Notes: generated from the letters alone by a model not told the origin. 63,637 bases of DNA, filler included, from Octopus bimaculoides (GCF_001194135.2; 4 parts of 4 records of this genome joined end to end with filler, not necessarily neighbours in it), one strand, 5' to 3'; positions 50,701 through 63,637 are shown, counted from the whole stretch's first letter. Translations and numbers: made by a program.

Positions 50701-52180
50701 CTAATGGTTATCTCTATTTTTATATAATATCTAAAGTTACAAAGATTCTGTAATTTTAGTAACATCCATTAATATATTTGCATTTTGATTTCGCAAATCT
50801 TTCTAACAGATTTCACATGATGGATCTACTACATAACGAATTACGACTTGGCAGACATAAATTATGAATATAAGAGTAAAATACATAAAAGCAGTTCTAC
50901 ATTATTATACTGCAGGTGGATATTTTGTTTTTCTTTCGCAAATGTGTAATCTCACGTTTTACAATGCTATTGAATTGATTTCAGAATGTTAGTGTTACTT
51001 ATTATATCCACCATACATTAATGAAACGTAAATTCGACCTTAAAAGGATTTTAACTCAGAATATATGATTGAAACTAATACAAACTATTGGCAGTTAACC
51101 CACCAGGCTATAGTTTGTTTCAAATTCTGAGTTACATGTTTTGACATTTTTTAAATGAATCATCATGTTTTACAGGCACAATAGAATTAATTTAATATCT
51201 CATACAGTTTTGAGATGTTGGAATTTGAGATTTGATGTTTAAACTTCATATCACTCTTGCTCTGTATTCCCGTTCAGTCCATTTATGTTATTTTATATAA
51301 CGATAATTAATTCGCATTACAATTGTACAGCATTTCTCCCTAATAACGAAATGTAGATATGGATAGTCCATGTAGTTAAGAGAACTGCTTCATTGTGAAT
51401 TGATTTCAAGGTTCCTTTAGTAAGCTGTCGTACCAGTGTGTCAGTTCAAATAAAATGTTAAAGAAATGAACCACACAGAAACAGTAAAGAAATCGAATGT
51501 ATGGTTATTGTCTTGTATACTCAATGCGATGCGATAGTGAGCTTCTGAGTTTGTTCTTGATGCTTTATTGCCAACAATACAGAGAATTCAAAAATAGAGA
51601 GAAGTTGTCATTTTCCATCCATCCAGGTACTTTGCAGGATGAGGTATTGATATAATCATGCAAAAAAACGGCGTTACATATTTGTATTCTGTATACATAA
51701 CTGTATAGATAATTGCGAGATGGATTAGCTGATGGGAAAAAGAGATTTAAAATCATTTAAATAATCCATTTCCATTGAAAATACAGTACTCGTTTAGATG
51801 GGCATGAGATTATACTTTTGTAAAATTGCATTCGGATTGAAATGAGGGCTCTGTAATGATTTACCCCGAGTGCTAACGATTAATAAAATGTAATTAAGAA
51901 AGGCCGTAAAGAAGCAAATGTTTTTTTATCGAGTCTTGTAACGAAACCTATCTTGTGTTATTTAAAGTCAACAATGTCGGATAAAATGATTGATTACCAT
52001 GGATAAAAATAAAGAAGAGATGTTAGCTTTGTGATGCTTTTATATTCTAAACAGTAGTTGCACTTCATACAGCCTTGATTGGATATGCTTTGTAAAAATT
52101 ATGTGGTTATTGCTTGCAAATGATCTATTACGTCTATCCTTAGTTAGACGTAATACAACTTGGTGGCAGACGAGGTCTGC

Positions 52181-52325
52181 AATTTTGGGAGAGGGAATTA
52201 TATGATTACATCGACTACAGTGTTTCACTGGTACTTATTTTATCGACTCGGAAATAATGAAAGGCGAAGTCAACTACGGCGGAATTCGAACATAGAACTT
52301 AAAGACAGAAAAAATGCCGCTATAG
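52181..52325 (-). mobile_element. SINE family B, partial
   Basis: gattacatcgac...ctggtacttattttatcgac...ggcggaattcgaac. Confidence 0.75.
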
Positions 52326-53332
52326 TCGCTATGGATTTTTGAAAATATAAATATAAAAAAAAGAAATGTGCATTAACTATTGACATGAAACAAAAGATTA
52401 TGTCGGAATCTTTAAAAGAAATAAATTAATTGATAAATTTTATTTTAAGATACTTGTACGATTGCTAATGTCAATAGCTACATTTATTTCTTCCGTGACA
52501 AAGTATAACAACAAATGATTTGGACTGTTTCACGTGATGGCACAACTAGGTGAAGCGAGCTTCGCTACTCACAAATTCTAGATATGTTAATGTCAATTTA
52601 GCATATGCTCTGAATGATAGCGATTAGAGTTTAAGGCATTAGATTCTTTAATATCGTTGAGTATAAAGCTTCTCTATAAATTCATTGTTTCTTTCATATA
52701 CTGACAAGGAACAGTTTTCAAAAATATTTCATATATGGAGTTCACTTCTAGTTAGAAAAATACTTTATACATCGAAGTTTAACAGAAATTAAGAACATGT
52801 GCAAATTTATAATCATAACTGCGTGCAATATGTCAACAAACATTGTTCAAATTCTTATACTTACATATATACATACATACATAATACATAAATACACACA
52901 CTCAGACGCACTCACACACACACATACATATATATATGTATATATATAGTAATAATAACAATGATCTTTGGATGAAATTTAAAAACATTTAATGCACTAC
53001 TACACACGTTTCCACAAATCATATGTCTCTTTAATGCGATGCATTAAACGTTTATAAATTTCATCAGTGAAGGCTTCAATTTTCTTTGTAAGTGAACAGT
53101 ATATGCCTTGTAAACAATGGTATAAATTGTGTCATCTCCTTCGGATTTTGATTTTTTTTACGGATAGCATTAACCGTAACTGTTATATTATTGCTGCATG
53201 TATGTATATATGGGTGTGCGTGCGCGCGCGTATGTGTACATTTATATGTACAAATATATATATACATATGCATATATACACACACGCTCACGCACAAACT
53301 CATATCTATATCTCTCTCTCTCTCTCTCTCTC

Positions 53333-53370
<38 letters not shown>

Positions 53371-54775
53371 CATATACGGATGATGTATTAATGGATCATG
53401 GATGTACAGTTACACTCAATTGCCTTCTGCAAATTGAAATGAATTCTTGTGAATTTATATATATTTTACTACATTCGACTTGATGCAACATGAGAGATAT
53501 TTACGCAATTTATGGTAGAATATATAGAATGTATCCTATGCTAACCGGCACTGCACAAAGAACTACATTCGATAATAAATTAAATCGATCATTGTATACC
53601 TATAAAACATCATGAACAAGTAACTGCTTGCTTTAGAAAATAGCTCATTTGTATTCGCTATACTAGCTTTCCTACACATAAATGCACGGAGTAATTCTTC
53701 AACGTACATGTATCAATCAAATGAAATTTCGTGTAAATAAAAATTATGTTTTTATGTTTTGATGTTATTAATGTAAAAATTGAACAGAGATTTAAACAAA
53801 ATCACATTCCATACGGAAGAAATCATGAAAATATTCTAATGCAATTTGTAAATGTAAATGTCTACATCTCCCTTTTCTGATATTAGCTATAACAGCAGCA
53901 ACAAGTTATAGGAAATGTAAATACTACATATATAAATGTGTATATGAGTGTGTGTAAGCTTGAGTGTGTGTCTATGTGTGTGTGATTGTGTCTGTATCGG
54001 TGTGTGTGTTTATGTGTGTGCATATATTTACATTCAATTATAATTGGAATTTGAACATATAATATAGCATGCAAAGAAAAAGAGCACAAAATGGTATAAA
54101 AAAACAGGCATTTAAGCATCCTTCCACATATAATGCACACTTACATAACGAAACACAATGTGCATTTCATACATGACAAGAACAAAAGAAATTCAATATA
54201 CTATCCCAATAAATGTAAACGTAAACATTTCGATTCTCCTATAAACAAAAAAAAAATCATCTTATTGAAAAACAAATATTAAACATAAGAACATTTATTA
54301 CAACAAAAAATCAAATATCAACGATCACTACCGTGAATAATGGTGTGTTACAGCTAGGTTGCAACGTTATTTCTAGTTATAGAATCATTTTAAGATCAGT
54401 GAATATGTTATAAATAAAACTATTTCCTTTTTTTCTCTCTTTCGGAAAACTTATTTACGTTGCAGCTTGATTAAAATAGAATATAAACAATTCTATAGCG
54501 AAATCCTGGAAATAAAACGCAACGCTAACCGTAAATAAATATTGGTAATGCCTTAATTTGTGTGAGTTTGGTTTAGAATTAATACTACGAGATGGACCGA
54601 CCAGAGAAAATCCTTCTAAGAAACTATGTGACGGACTCCAATTATACATTTGTTTCAAAATGATAACCATATAATTTATCTTTCAAGATTTTATAAAACA
54701 GTCTCTCAAGTAATGAAACACATTACTGACCTGAAACATTTTTGGATCATTTGGATTTGTCAACACATAGCAGAA

Positions 54776-54838
<63 letters not shown>

Positions 54839-54851
54839 CACACACAAACAC

Positions 54852-54882
<31 letters not shown>

Positions 54883-54901
54883 TACACACATACATGTTTG
54901 T

Positions 54902-56116
54902 TGAGTAAATTGTCGCAATTTTCTATTTTTATTTTCAGTCATGGGCATTAATTGCTTTTAATTTTGTCGTTTACAGAGTATAGTAGGGTCAGTTTTGAGG
55001 GAAATTACACTGTGACACACTTTACTCTGACAGAAATTTCGAAATGACATGCTGTACTGCTTGGTATTCGCACTGTAAGCTCCAATACAAACATTTCAGG
55101 GAGTTTGGGTGTCAATCTGAGGACAGTGCACAAGATTTTGAAAGAGTTGGATGAGTCTAATGAAGATTAAGAAGGTACGGCAGCTTGGAAAGATCACTCT
55201 GGTTGTTCTTATAAGAAAAGAACTCCTGAATTCGTTGGTGAGATCCAGGCAATGATTGACAATGATCTATCCGAGTCAAAGAGGTCCATCACCAGGGCCA
55301 CAAAGTCGCTGAGATTCTTATCAGGCAGGTACTCGTTAAGATGAAAAATGAATAATTTTGTTTTTATTTGGAGCGACCGCGCTACGAAGCTTTTGGTCAA
55401 ACTCAAGCATCTCCTCCAATCGAACATAATTTGGTCTTTCACAGGCAAGAAAAAAATCCTGCTAGCATGAGATGGTGAAAACACTGAACATCCGTTGGCT
55501 TGCCGTGTCGCCAAAACATGTACCGAGAGTGATAAAAGTTAAACATCCAGTCAACATCATGTCTTTTGGGGTGATTACTAGTAATAGCGAATTTATACCT
55601 CTATTCATCTTCCCGTACGGTCAAAGACTCAACGCAGTGGCCCACATCAAGTGCCGTGGGGAGTTATTGCTGCCCTGAGTGAAGAGGATGACTGCCGAAA
55701 GACCCCTATGTTTGGCAAAAGGACTCTGCACCATGCCACACAAGCAGGAGAATCCAGTCATGGCTGTCAGACAATTTCTACTAGCATATCACCCCTAACA
55801 TCATACCAAATAACTCCACAGATTACAGCCCCCTTGATTAATATATATGGGGCGCAGTTGAATGAGAAACCAAGAGAACTCTTTTTAACACCAAAGATTA
55901 ACTGAAGGCAATGATTATAGGAACATTCACCAACTTAAAGAAGGAGAGCAACCAGAAGATTTGCAGGAGTTTCCGAAGTCGTCTGGAGATCGTGGTTGAA
56001 GCCAATAACGATTTCACGGAATAAATTTACACTAGTATTTATAGATATTTTATGTTATTTCGGTAGATATTAAAATCATTGTTGCGTAATTTAGACAATT
56101 TATTCACCGCACCTTG
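54902..56116 (+). mobile_element. Decayed Tc1/mariner transposon, second maT-like family
   Basis: Interrupted transposase reads KRTPEFVGEIQAMIDND...KHPVNIMSFGVI...YVWQKDSAPCHTS...FRSRLEIVVEAN. Right TIR (aatttagacaatttattcaccgcaccttg then TA) partly matches left tgagtaaattgtcgcaatt. Confidence 0.85.
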
Positions 56117-57497
56117 TATATATATGTATACACACAGACACACACACACACACACACACGCACACACACACACACATAGGCATACACATTTGTGTGTGCG
56201 AGCGTGTGTGATAGAGAGAGAGAGATAACCAATATCAAGACACTGGTTTTGTGTTTAATTGTTTTTCATAAGCGACCTTGTAACTAGAAATTTAAATTTT
56301 TCATGGTATGATTTTATAATAATGACCTTCCATATAATAAATATTCTTCTTTGAACAGCTTACTAGGATGAGAGATCGAATTTCGAGAAAGCACAATTCC
56401 AAGAAAAGAAATATATTTAGAATAATTTTCCCCGGGCAACATATTGCTTACTAACTTTATACAAAATTTATTGTAATCTTTAAATAATCAGGTTGAATTC
56501 TAAATATAATAACGCTGAGTGTTTATGTGAGAATATGGATAACCGTTATCGAAAATGTCTTATCCAGTATGTTATATTATCGATGTCATACTATCATTTG
56601 CTTATACAACAATACTCTAACAGATATTTTTTTCTGGATAAGCTATGACTTACCTTCTGGCTATCACTTGCAGCCCTTGTATTATTGAGAAGCGGTGCAG
56701 GAATTTCAAAATAATATACAACCTTCCTTGTTCCATCTGTGTTATTGTTGTATAAAACAATGTTTTACATATCCTTTTCAAGTAGTTGATCATCTGCCTG
56801 TCAACGATTATGAGCATCATTAGGAAAGGATTTATGCACAAACGCATTAATGACTTTTAGTTGCTTATACCCTCCTATTATTTTTCTGATATAAAACAGC
56901 TTTATCATACTTGTAAGTACTCAAATAAATGAGGCGTTGCGTCTGTAAATTAGCATATATAGGACATTAGTCAGTAACGCTAAAACAATATCCCTAATCA
57001 CATATTTCTAAAGCAATGACAGAATATTCGTTCCACTTGAAGTCTTATAAAGGACTCAGGTATAAAGGACTCACAAAGGACTCAGGTATATTGAAGATAT
57101 ACGAAACTTCAATGGATTAACTCTAGGACTGAGGGTGTCGTGTAATCATCCGATCAAGAAAGAACGTTATTTTGAGTGATTGTGCAGGGATAAATTCTCA
57201 CTAGGTATACAATTTCACTTTACCAAAGGGCATTTCACCTGTTCGATGCATGATGGGCTCTGCGATATATTGGCAGACCTCGGCGATTACTGTGAAAATA
57301 ATTCAACATAGTGCTTGTATAGAAAATTGTAGAGTAAACTATCAATGACTATGGGAATTAAACGTTGTTTTGTTCTGTCTTGCAGCAAAAGTGAACTCCT
57401 GCTTATCACAACTCCATTTCAATCACTCGTGAAGTAACCTCCCTTTGACATCCTAGCACATCTCTGTATTGATCTTCTTCGTACATTAATTCACTCT

Positions 57498-57555
57498 ATG
57501 TGGCTTGCCTATGTTCGGATTCTTCACATTTTCCTGCAATATATTGCTATTCAAG
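57498..57555 (+). CDS. First coding exon (signal peptide) of a predicted EGF-like type-I membrane protein; exon probably 57386-57555 including 5'UTR
   Basis: Translates MWLAYVRILHIFLQYIAIQ+G. Strong acceptor ttgttttgttctgtcttgcag ends at 57385; in-frame TAA at 57435 and no upstream ATG in the exon. Phase-1 donor AAG|GTGAAG (moderate) matches the phase-1 acceptor at 59133. Confidence 0.55.
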
Positions 57556-58574
57556 GTGAAGTAGACTTCTGCATCATCTCTCTTTGTGAATTATTGCAAT
57601 AACATAGTTTTAGACTAGTCGTACATGAGAAATAATATATGTGTTTGCCGCACCTATTACGTTTTACTAGTAATATTTCATATTGAAGAATTATATGCAT
57701 ACAAGTCTTTGCACAATGGATTTATAATTAACTAAATGGGGGAAAAACTTGCTCAAATATGATCAGTGTTCGACAAAAATAGAAATAAAAGAGCACAAAC
57801 AAAAATATTGCTACAACATCAATTTTTATCTTGGCAATGATGTGAGTCTTTTGGTTTAGCACAGTCTTAATTTTTGGATTTATTCAACTTTTAATTGAGA
57901 CATATTTCATGAAAATAGATATACCCGTTGTTTATATCTATTTGTGGATATCTGGTACATTTGTATATTTTTGATAATATTCGATCACTACCTTACAGGG
58001 ATGTTTAAGTGCTTTTCGTCCTCTGATTCTATAATCTGTCATTACGACTTTTCTTATAACATAAATGAAACGTTGCAGACCATGAGCTTCAAAAGGTTCA
58101 AATATTTATCCCAACTAAAATAACATTTTATCATATGTTTCCATGATTATGTTCCATTAAGTACGTATTGACTGACAGCGGTTGAATACGTAGTACTCTT
58201 CCCGACGCAATGCGTTTTAATGTAAGTGGACATTAAATGTAGCTACATATGCATTCAGCATAAAATATTGAATATCGAAATATAAACTAGGCATACACTT
58301 GTCTTTCGTTATAAAAGAAAACATGTCAATTTAAAGACGGTTTTGGCTACAACATAGGATTAAAATGAGACTTGCAATCTAATCGTGTTTCATCTCTCCA
58401 TAGTTATGTAATCCATATGGTAAATACACTTGAACTAGATTTCAATATTCTCTGCATACGTCACTTCATTTTTTTATGCTACTTTGATAAGTCAAATTAT
58501 CTTGCTTACATTTTCTCTCTATGTCTCTCTTTTCTCTGTCTCTCTTTTCTCTCTCTCTCTCTTTTCTCTGTCTC

Positions 58575-58655
<81 letters not shown>

Positions 58656-59132
58656 NNNNNNNNNNNNNNNNNNNNNNNNNNNNNNNNNNNNNNNNNNNNT
58701 TAATTAATTAANNNNNNNNNNNNNNNNNNNNNNNNNNNNNNNNNNNNNNNNNNNNTGTGTGTGTGTGTGTGTGTGTGTACGTAAATGTCAAACGATGAAA
58801 ATAAGTGCTCAACACCACATTAGTGGATATGATTTCTTTATTTGTGAATTAAGGCTACCATTGGTTTCATGTTAAGAAAAGTAGGAAAATATCCTAGTGT
58901 CTTAACAATTTTTCAAGCCAATATATATATATATATATATGAAATAACCACAATAACAGCATGCTTCTTCACTTCTTGAATAAGCTGAGGGTTTGCCATG
59001 ATTATTCTTTCTGAAACAATGATTATAGGGAGTTAGCAAAAAATGCAGCAATGACCCAAAGATCCTTTGTCCTCAAATACCTTACGCACCCTGTATATAT
59101 TTATGTACTTAATGTTTCTTCTCTTTCCTCAG

Positions 59133-59306
59133 GATGTGTACGTGGAAACTGTGAACGGCCTCTCTGTAAGAATTCTTTAAACGGCTGCACATCCAATCGT
59201 CGTATCTCTAACACCAGTGTTAATAACACAAGCAAAGTTTCCTGGGTGACGCGCTCCAGGATAAACATATGTCCAATAGGATGGAGAGGCAAGAACTGTA
59301 AAGACC
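59133..59306 (+). CDS. Exon 2: atypical six-Cys EGF-like module with an N-glycosylation-rich insertion
   Basis: Acceptor ttctctttcctcag| and donor C|gtgagt; 174 nt, phase 1-1. Translates (G)CVRGNCERPLCKNSLNGCTSNRRISNTSVNNTSKVSWVTRSRINICPIGWRGKNCKD; CxxGWxGxxC is a typical EGF C-terminal motif. Confidence 0.85.
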
Positions 59307-59499
59307 GTGAGTATTGTTGTGGTTGTTTGAAATGCCTCTACATTCGCTCGTTACCTGGTGTTCCATTTTATGGACAGCCAGACGAATGAAAGGTGACGTC
59401 GTCTACAGCAGGAATTGAACTAAGAACATAAAGGATTTGCTGCAGAGCATTTTATCTGATATTCTGACGATTCAGCCAATCTTCCTCTCTAATGTTGAG

Positions 59500-59822
59500 T
59501 AGACGAAGTGGTCAGCACACTCGGTTTACGATTGAAAAGTCATGAGTTCGATCCCTTGCGGCGGCGTGTTGTATCCTTGAGCAAGATACTTTATTTGACT
59601 TCACTCCAATCAACTCAGCTGGCAAAAATGAGTTGTACCTGTAATACAAAGGGTCCAGCCTTACCACATCATTCTGTGTCACGCTAACTGTCCCCGAGAA
59701 CTATGTTAAGGGTACGCGTGTCTGTGGATTACTCAGCCACTTGCATGTTAATTTCACAAGCAGGCCGTTCCGTTGATCAGAACAATCAACTGGTGCACTC
59801 GTCGTCGTAACCGACGGAGGAC
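59500..59822 (+). mobile_element. Chimeric SINE: head/body like 36331 family, 3' part like family D (intronic)
   Basis: ttgagcaagatactttattt...actcagct matches 36344-36390; tgtgtcacgct...cgtcgtcgtaaccgacggag matches 6107-6250. Confidence 0.85.
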
Positions 59823-59923
59823 CAGTTATTATTGATTGGTCGTTTTAAGTGTGTGTTTATGTTTCTCTGTTCCTCTGTCAAATCTTATCAACACCCCTTT
59901 ACTTTGTCTATCTACTCCCTCTC

Positions 59924-59985
<62 letters not shown>

Positions 59986-60999
59986 NNNNNNNNNNNNNNN
60001 NNNNNNNNNNNNNNNNNNNNNNNNNNNNNNNNNNNNNNNNNNNNNNNNNNNNNNNNNNNNNNNNNNNNNNNNNNNNNNNNNNNNNNNNNNNNNNNNNNNN
60101 NNNNNNNNNNNNNNNNNNNNNNNNNNNNNNNNNNNNNNNNNNNNNNNNNNNNNNNNNNNNNNNNNNNNNNNNNNNNNNNNNNNNNNNNNNNNNNNNNNNN
60201 NNNNNNNNNNNNNNNNNNNNNNNNNNNNNNNNNNNNNNNNNNNNNNNNNNNNNNNNNNNNNNNNNNNNNNNNNNNNNNNNNNNNNNNNNNNNNNNNNNNN
60301 NNNNNNNNNNNNNNNNNNNNNNNNNNNNNNNNNNNNNNNNNNNNNNNNNNNNNNNNNNNNNNNNNNNNNNNNNNNNNNNNNNNNNNNNNNNNNNNNNNNN
60401 NNNNNNNNNNNNNNNNNNNNNNNNNNNNNNNNNNNNNNNNNNNNNNNNNNNNNNNNNNNNNNNNNNNNNNNNNNNNNNNNNNNNNNNNNNNNNNNNNNNN
60501 NNNNNNNNNNNNNNNNNNNNNNNNNNNNNNNNNNNNNNNNNNNNNNNNNNNNNNNNNNNNNNNNNNNNNNNNNNNNNNNNNNNNNNNNNNNNNNNNNNNN
60601 NNNNNNNNNNNNNNNNNNNNNNNNNNNNNNNNNNNNNNNNNNNNNNNNNNNNNNNNNNNNNNNNNNNNNNNNNNNNNNNNNNNNNNNNNNNNNNNNNNNN
60701 NNNNNNNNNNNNNNNNNNNNNNNNNNNNNNNNNNNNNNNNNNNNNNNNNNNNNNNNNNNNNNNNNNNTATATATAAACACAGACACACACACACACGTTT
60801 TTAAACGCTTGGTCCTCGAGTCACTTTTCTAAGTTTCTACCGATTAAAAATATTTTTGAAACACATATATGCATACATAAATACGTTCACACACGCGCGC
60901 ATACACATGTTTGTGTGTTTGTATGTATGTATGCATGTATGTATATGTGTGTGTGTGTGTGTATATATACGTGATCACAATCCTTATCTATTTGCACAG

Positions 61000-61140
61000 A
61001 GTGCGAAGACAATTTCTATGGAGAAGACTGCAAGTATTTGTGCGGTAAATGCCTTAACGATGTCCCGTGCAACCGTTTTAATGGTACCTGTGAGCGAGGT
61101 TGTCGACCTGGTTATAAAGACAAGACTTGCCAAGGTCCAG
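61000..61140 (+). CDS. Exon 3: eight-Cys EGF-like repeat of MEGF10/SCARF/CED-1 type
   Basis: Acceptor ctatttgcacag| and donor CAG|gtaagt; 141 nt, phase 1-1. Translates (Q)CEDNFYGEDCKYLCGKCLNDVPCNRFNGTCERGCRPGYKDKTCQGP. Confidence 0.92.
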
Positions 61141-61393
61141 GTAAGTAACCTGTTTCTCCTTAATATCTTCTTGCCTACCAACTTACAATCCGGCTCCAAC
61201 TCGCCACTTTGCAACACGTCTGCTTTTCTTAGAAAGTCTCTTGGCAATGTTTTGGTCTTTGTTCTTAACAAACACTACGTCCTGTTATTGGTTTTAAGGG
61301 TTGTACCGTCAAGCTCTCTCTCTCTCTCTTTTACTCCCACTCTCTCTCCCTCTCTTTCTTACTCCCACTCTCTCTCTCCCTCTCTCTCTCAGT

Positions 61394-61433
<40 letters not shown>

Positions 61434-62649
61434 TACACACACATATAAACACAGGTATATATACATATGCACATATATGTATGTATTTATTTATATGTAT
61501 ATATACATATATATAATGTGTACATATATATATATATATTTATATATGCATGCATATACACACATACATTTATGTCCATATGTGCGTGTGCGTGTGTATG
61601 CATGCGCGCATGTATGTATGTGTGTGTGTGCGTGCGTGTGTAAAGCCGAATCTGCAACCGATCCTGCCTTTCTTGAGCTCAAAAGATCTCGTCTTGACTG
61701 GTTTTAAATTCATTCAACCCCAAACCATCAACTCCTGCCATTCCTATTCTCATTACACAGGTTGTCACAGCCAAAAATCGTTCAAATGGCTTAAATGTCA
61801 AGAACCAGATTTGGTGAGTGCCCCCCCCCCTCCCTGCACAACACTTCAGCCGACTTCACAAATGCGTTTACAGCAAATGCACACTAAAAAAGAGCCCTGA
61901 AAATGGTAGACCCAGTGCTAATATCTTCTTGGAGCTTCTGCCAGTCTAATCTTGTCGAACCAGCAAAGATTCTCACACTGAAGCTGTTGTAAGTATCCAG
62001 AGTGAAGTCTCTGAACCAGTCCAGGACATGTTGCCACTTCAAAGCTCCTTCAACCTGCTTATAATCTTTGGGCCCGTGGGCAAGGCTCAGTTACAGCAAT
62101 AAAGCTGCTTCTGTTCTGCCGGGTTTCCCTGGCCAACTGGGTAACTATGCTTAAGTGTTCCACACACCCTGATCAACTCCCGAGACCTTTTTTCAAGTTA
62201 GGATCCTTCCAGTAAAATTCCGAGCATTTGCTGTGGTCTTCAAATTGGTCCCTGCATTCCCCCACGGCATGTGACTCTGGGGATGATTGTCGATCTCCCA
62301 ATTAGAGCAGGAGAGTTGGCCGCTGCGCTTCTAGCACAGAAACTATTTCGTAATGCACAGGAATTGGCTCGAGAGGCAGTTCGCTTCTAGGCCCTCCCCT
62401 TTCACCATAAATAACAGAAGCATTCTTTATGAGAAATTGGTTTTCGTAGCAATGATCGGAAAAACAAATCGATAAGCTGAAACGCAGGAAATAAAAATAT
62501 GTACAGAAACTACAACTACTACTGCATACTGTGGAGATATTGAACCAAAGCAACACTGCACATATTCAATGTGCACGGTACTGCACTCGGGAGTGCAGTG
62601 AAAGCATGCAATAAAAATGGGACAACTGAAAAGAATTCACTGTTTCTAA

Positions 62650-62805
62650 TTTAGATACAAAGCCAGAAATTTTGAGGGGAAGAGCTCAGTGGAAACCATC
62701 GACTACAATATTCGATTGGTACTTTATTTCATCGACCCTGATAGAATGAAAGGTAAAATTGGCCTCAACGGGATTTGGACTCAGAACGTAAAGAGCCATA
62801 CTCCA
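62650..62805 (-). mobile_element. SINE family B, partial (intronic)
   Basis: ggtactttatttcatcgaccc...gaaaggtaaaattggcctc...gactcagaacgtaaaga. Confidence 0.7.
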
Positions 62806-62866
<61 letters not shown>

Positions 62867-62915
62867 TCACACATACACACACACATATATATACATATAT
62901 ATATTTTATTCCCAG

Positions 62916-63063
62916 CTCATTACATTCTGAGTTCAATTGAGGCCACCTTTTGCTTTGCATCCTTTAGGGGTCGGTAAAATAAGTACCAGTTGAACGCTGG
63001 GGTCGATGTAATCGACTTGCCCACTCCCCCGAAATTGCTGATGTTGTGCCAAAATTTGAAAAC
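62916..63063 (+). mobile_element. SINE family B, partial (intronic)
   Basis: ctgagttcaatt...ggggtcggtaaaataagtaccagtt...ggggtcgatgtaatcgac. Confidence 0.78.
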
Positions 63064-63088
63064 ATCATCATCATCATCATCATCATCA

Positions 63089-63147
<59 letters not shown>
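63063..63147. repeat. (CAT)n(TAT)n microsatellite just before the exon 4 acceptor; (TTC)n at 63389-63458
   Basis: Direct inspection. Confidence 0.95.
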
Positions 63148-63165
63148 GCACTGTTTCTGTTGCAG

Positions 63166-63335
63166 TGATCAACCCGAACACAAACACCAACATGACCATC
63201 ATAGTGCCAGTCCTTGCTGTTTTTGTGGTCATCTTATTCACTGCCTTCTCCCTCACCATCATCTACTTCATATGTCCAAGACCACGATGTCCAACTATGT
63301 CCAGTCCATTTTGCAGACTTGACCAAGTACAAGTG
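63166..63335 (+). CDS. Exon 4: transmembrane helix and start of cytoplasmic tail
   Basis: Acceptor tgtttctgttgcag| in phase 1. Translates (V)INPNTNTNMTIIVPVLAVFVVILFTAFSLTIIYFICPRPRCPTMSSPFCRLDQVQV, with a hydrophobic stretch of about 25 aa followed by CPRPR. Probable donor GTG|gtaaat. Confidence 0.8.
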
Positions 63336-63385
63336 GTAAATAATTGGTTTTCCTTTCTTTGTTGTTGCAGTTGTTGCTGTGGTTG

Positions 63386-63417
<32 letters not shown>

Positions 63418-63482
63418 CTTCTTCTTCTTCTTCTTCTTCTTCTTCTTCTTCTTCTTCTGTGTATGTGTGTACATACATATTT

Positions 63483-63637
63483 ACGAGGCGGCGGGGCTGA
63501 CAATCTCCTGGTTCCCAGGGTGTCGTGAAAGGCTTGGCTGGAAACCCAGCCTTCTGAGTTCTTTCACGGGGCTTAGAAATAATGAAGAAACGCTGAGAGG
63601 GGAATATGTTGAATAAAATCATGATTAACTGATTCTC
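63483..63637 (+). mobile_element. Internally deleted mariner-like element (truncated by window end)
   Basis: TA|CGAGG-type terminus followed closely by the mariner C-terminal motif LRGEYVE*. Confidence 0.5.

Noticed and set aside
56654-56885. Minus-strand exon-like segment with strong donor AG|GTAAGT
   Set aside because: The protein-like frame has two in-frame stops and no recognisable domain.
57183-57311. Short frame CRDKF...GHFTCSMHDGLCDIL..GDYCENNST*, resembling DSL/EGF
   Set aside because: Bounded by stops, with no good donor and incomplete Cys spacing; at best a fossil exon.
60856-61707. 283-aa + strand ORF spanning exon 3
   Set aside because: Wrong frame for the EGF exon and mostly microsatellite-derived.

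Overview
AT-rich eukaryotic genomic DNA, dense in microsatellites and N-gaps. The SINE families and repeat content look like a coleoid cephalopod, probably Octopus (inference from recalled repeat families, no database check). Most ORFs in the supplied track are microsatellite or gap artefacts. One protein-coding gene is supported: a + strand spliced model (57498-57555, 59133-59306, 61000-61140, 63166-63335, continuing beyond the window) encoding a small type-I membrane protein with a signal peptide, two EGF-like Cys modules (MEGF10/SCARF/CED-1 style) and a TM helix. The rest is mobile DNA: about 25 tRNA-derived SINE copies in several families (some with TSDs, one TSD-flanked dimer, one chimera), two decayed Tc1/mariner (maT-like) transposons, several mariner fragments, two 3' ends of a C2H2-finger-encoding LINE, and MITE-like fold-back hairpins. 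The most striking signal is a set of type-I hammerhead ribozyme (HHR) motifs in at least four unrelated short repeats between about 5.3 and 28.1 kb. Two sit in inverted fold-back duplications with the HHR facing outward, and one pair of paralogues shows compensatory stem changes. No reverse-transcriptase ORF is visible next to them, so they look like non-autonomous Penelope-like or retrozyme-like elements. All folds were made by eye and none is experimentally tested.
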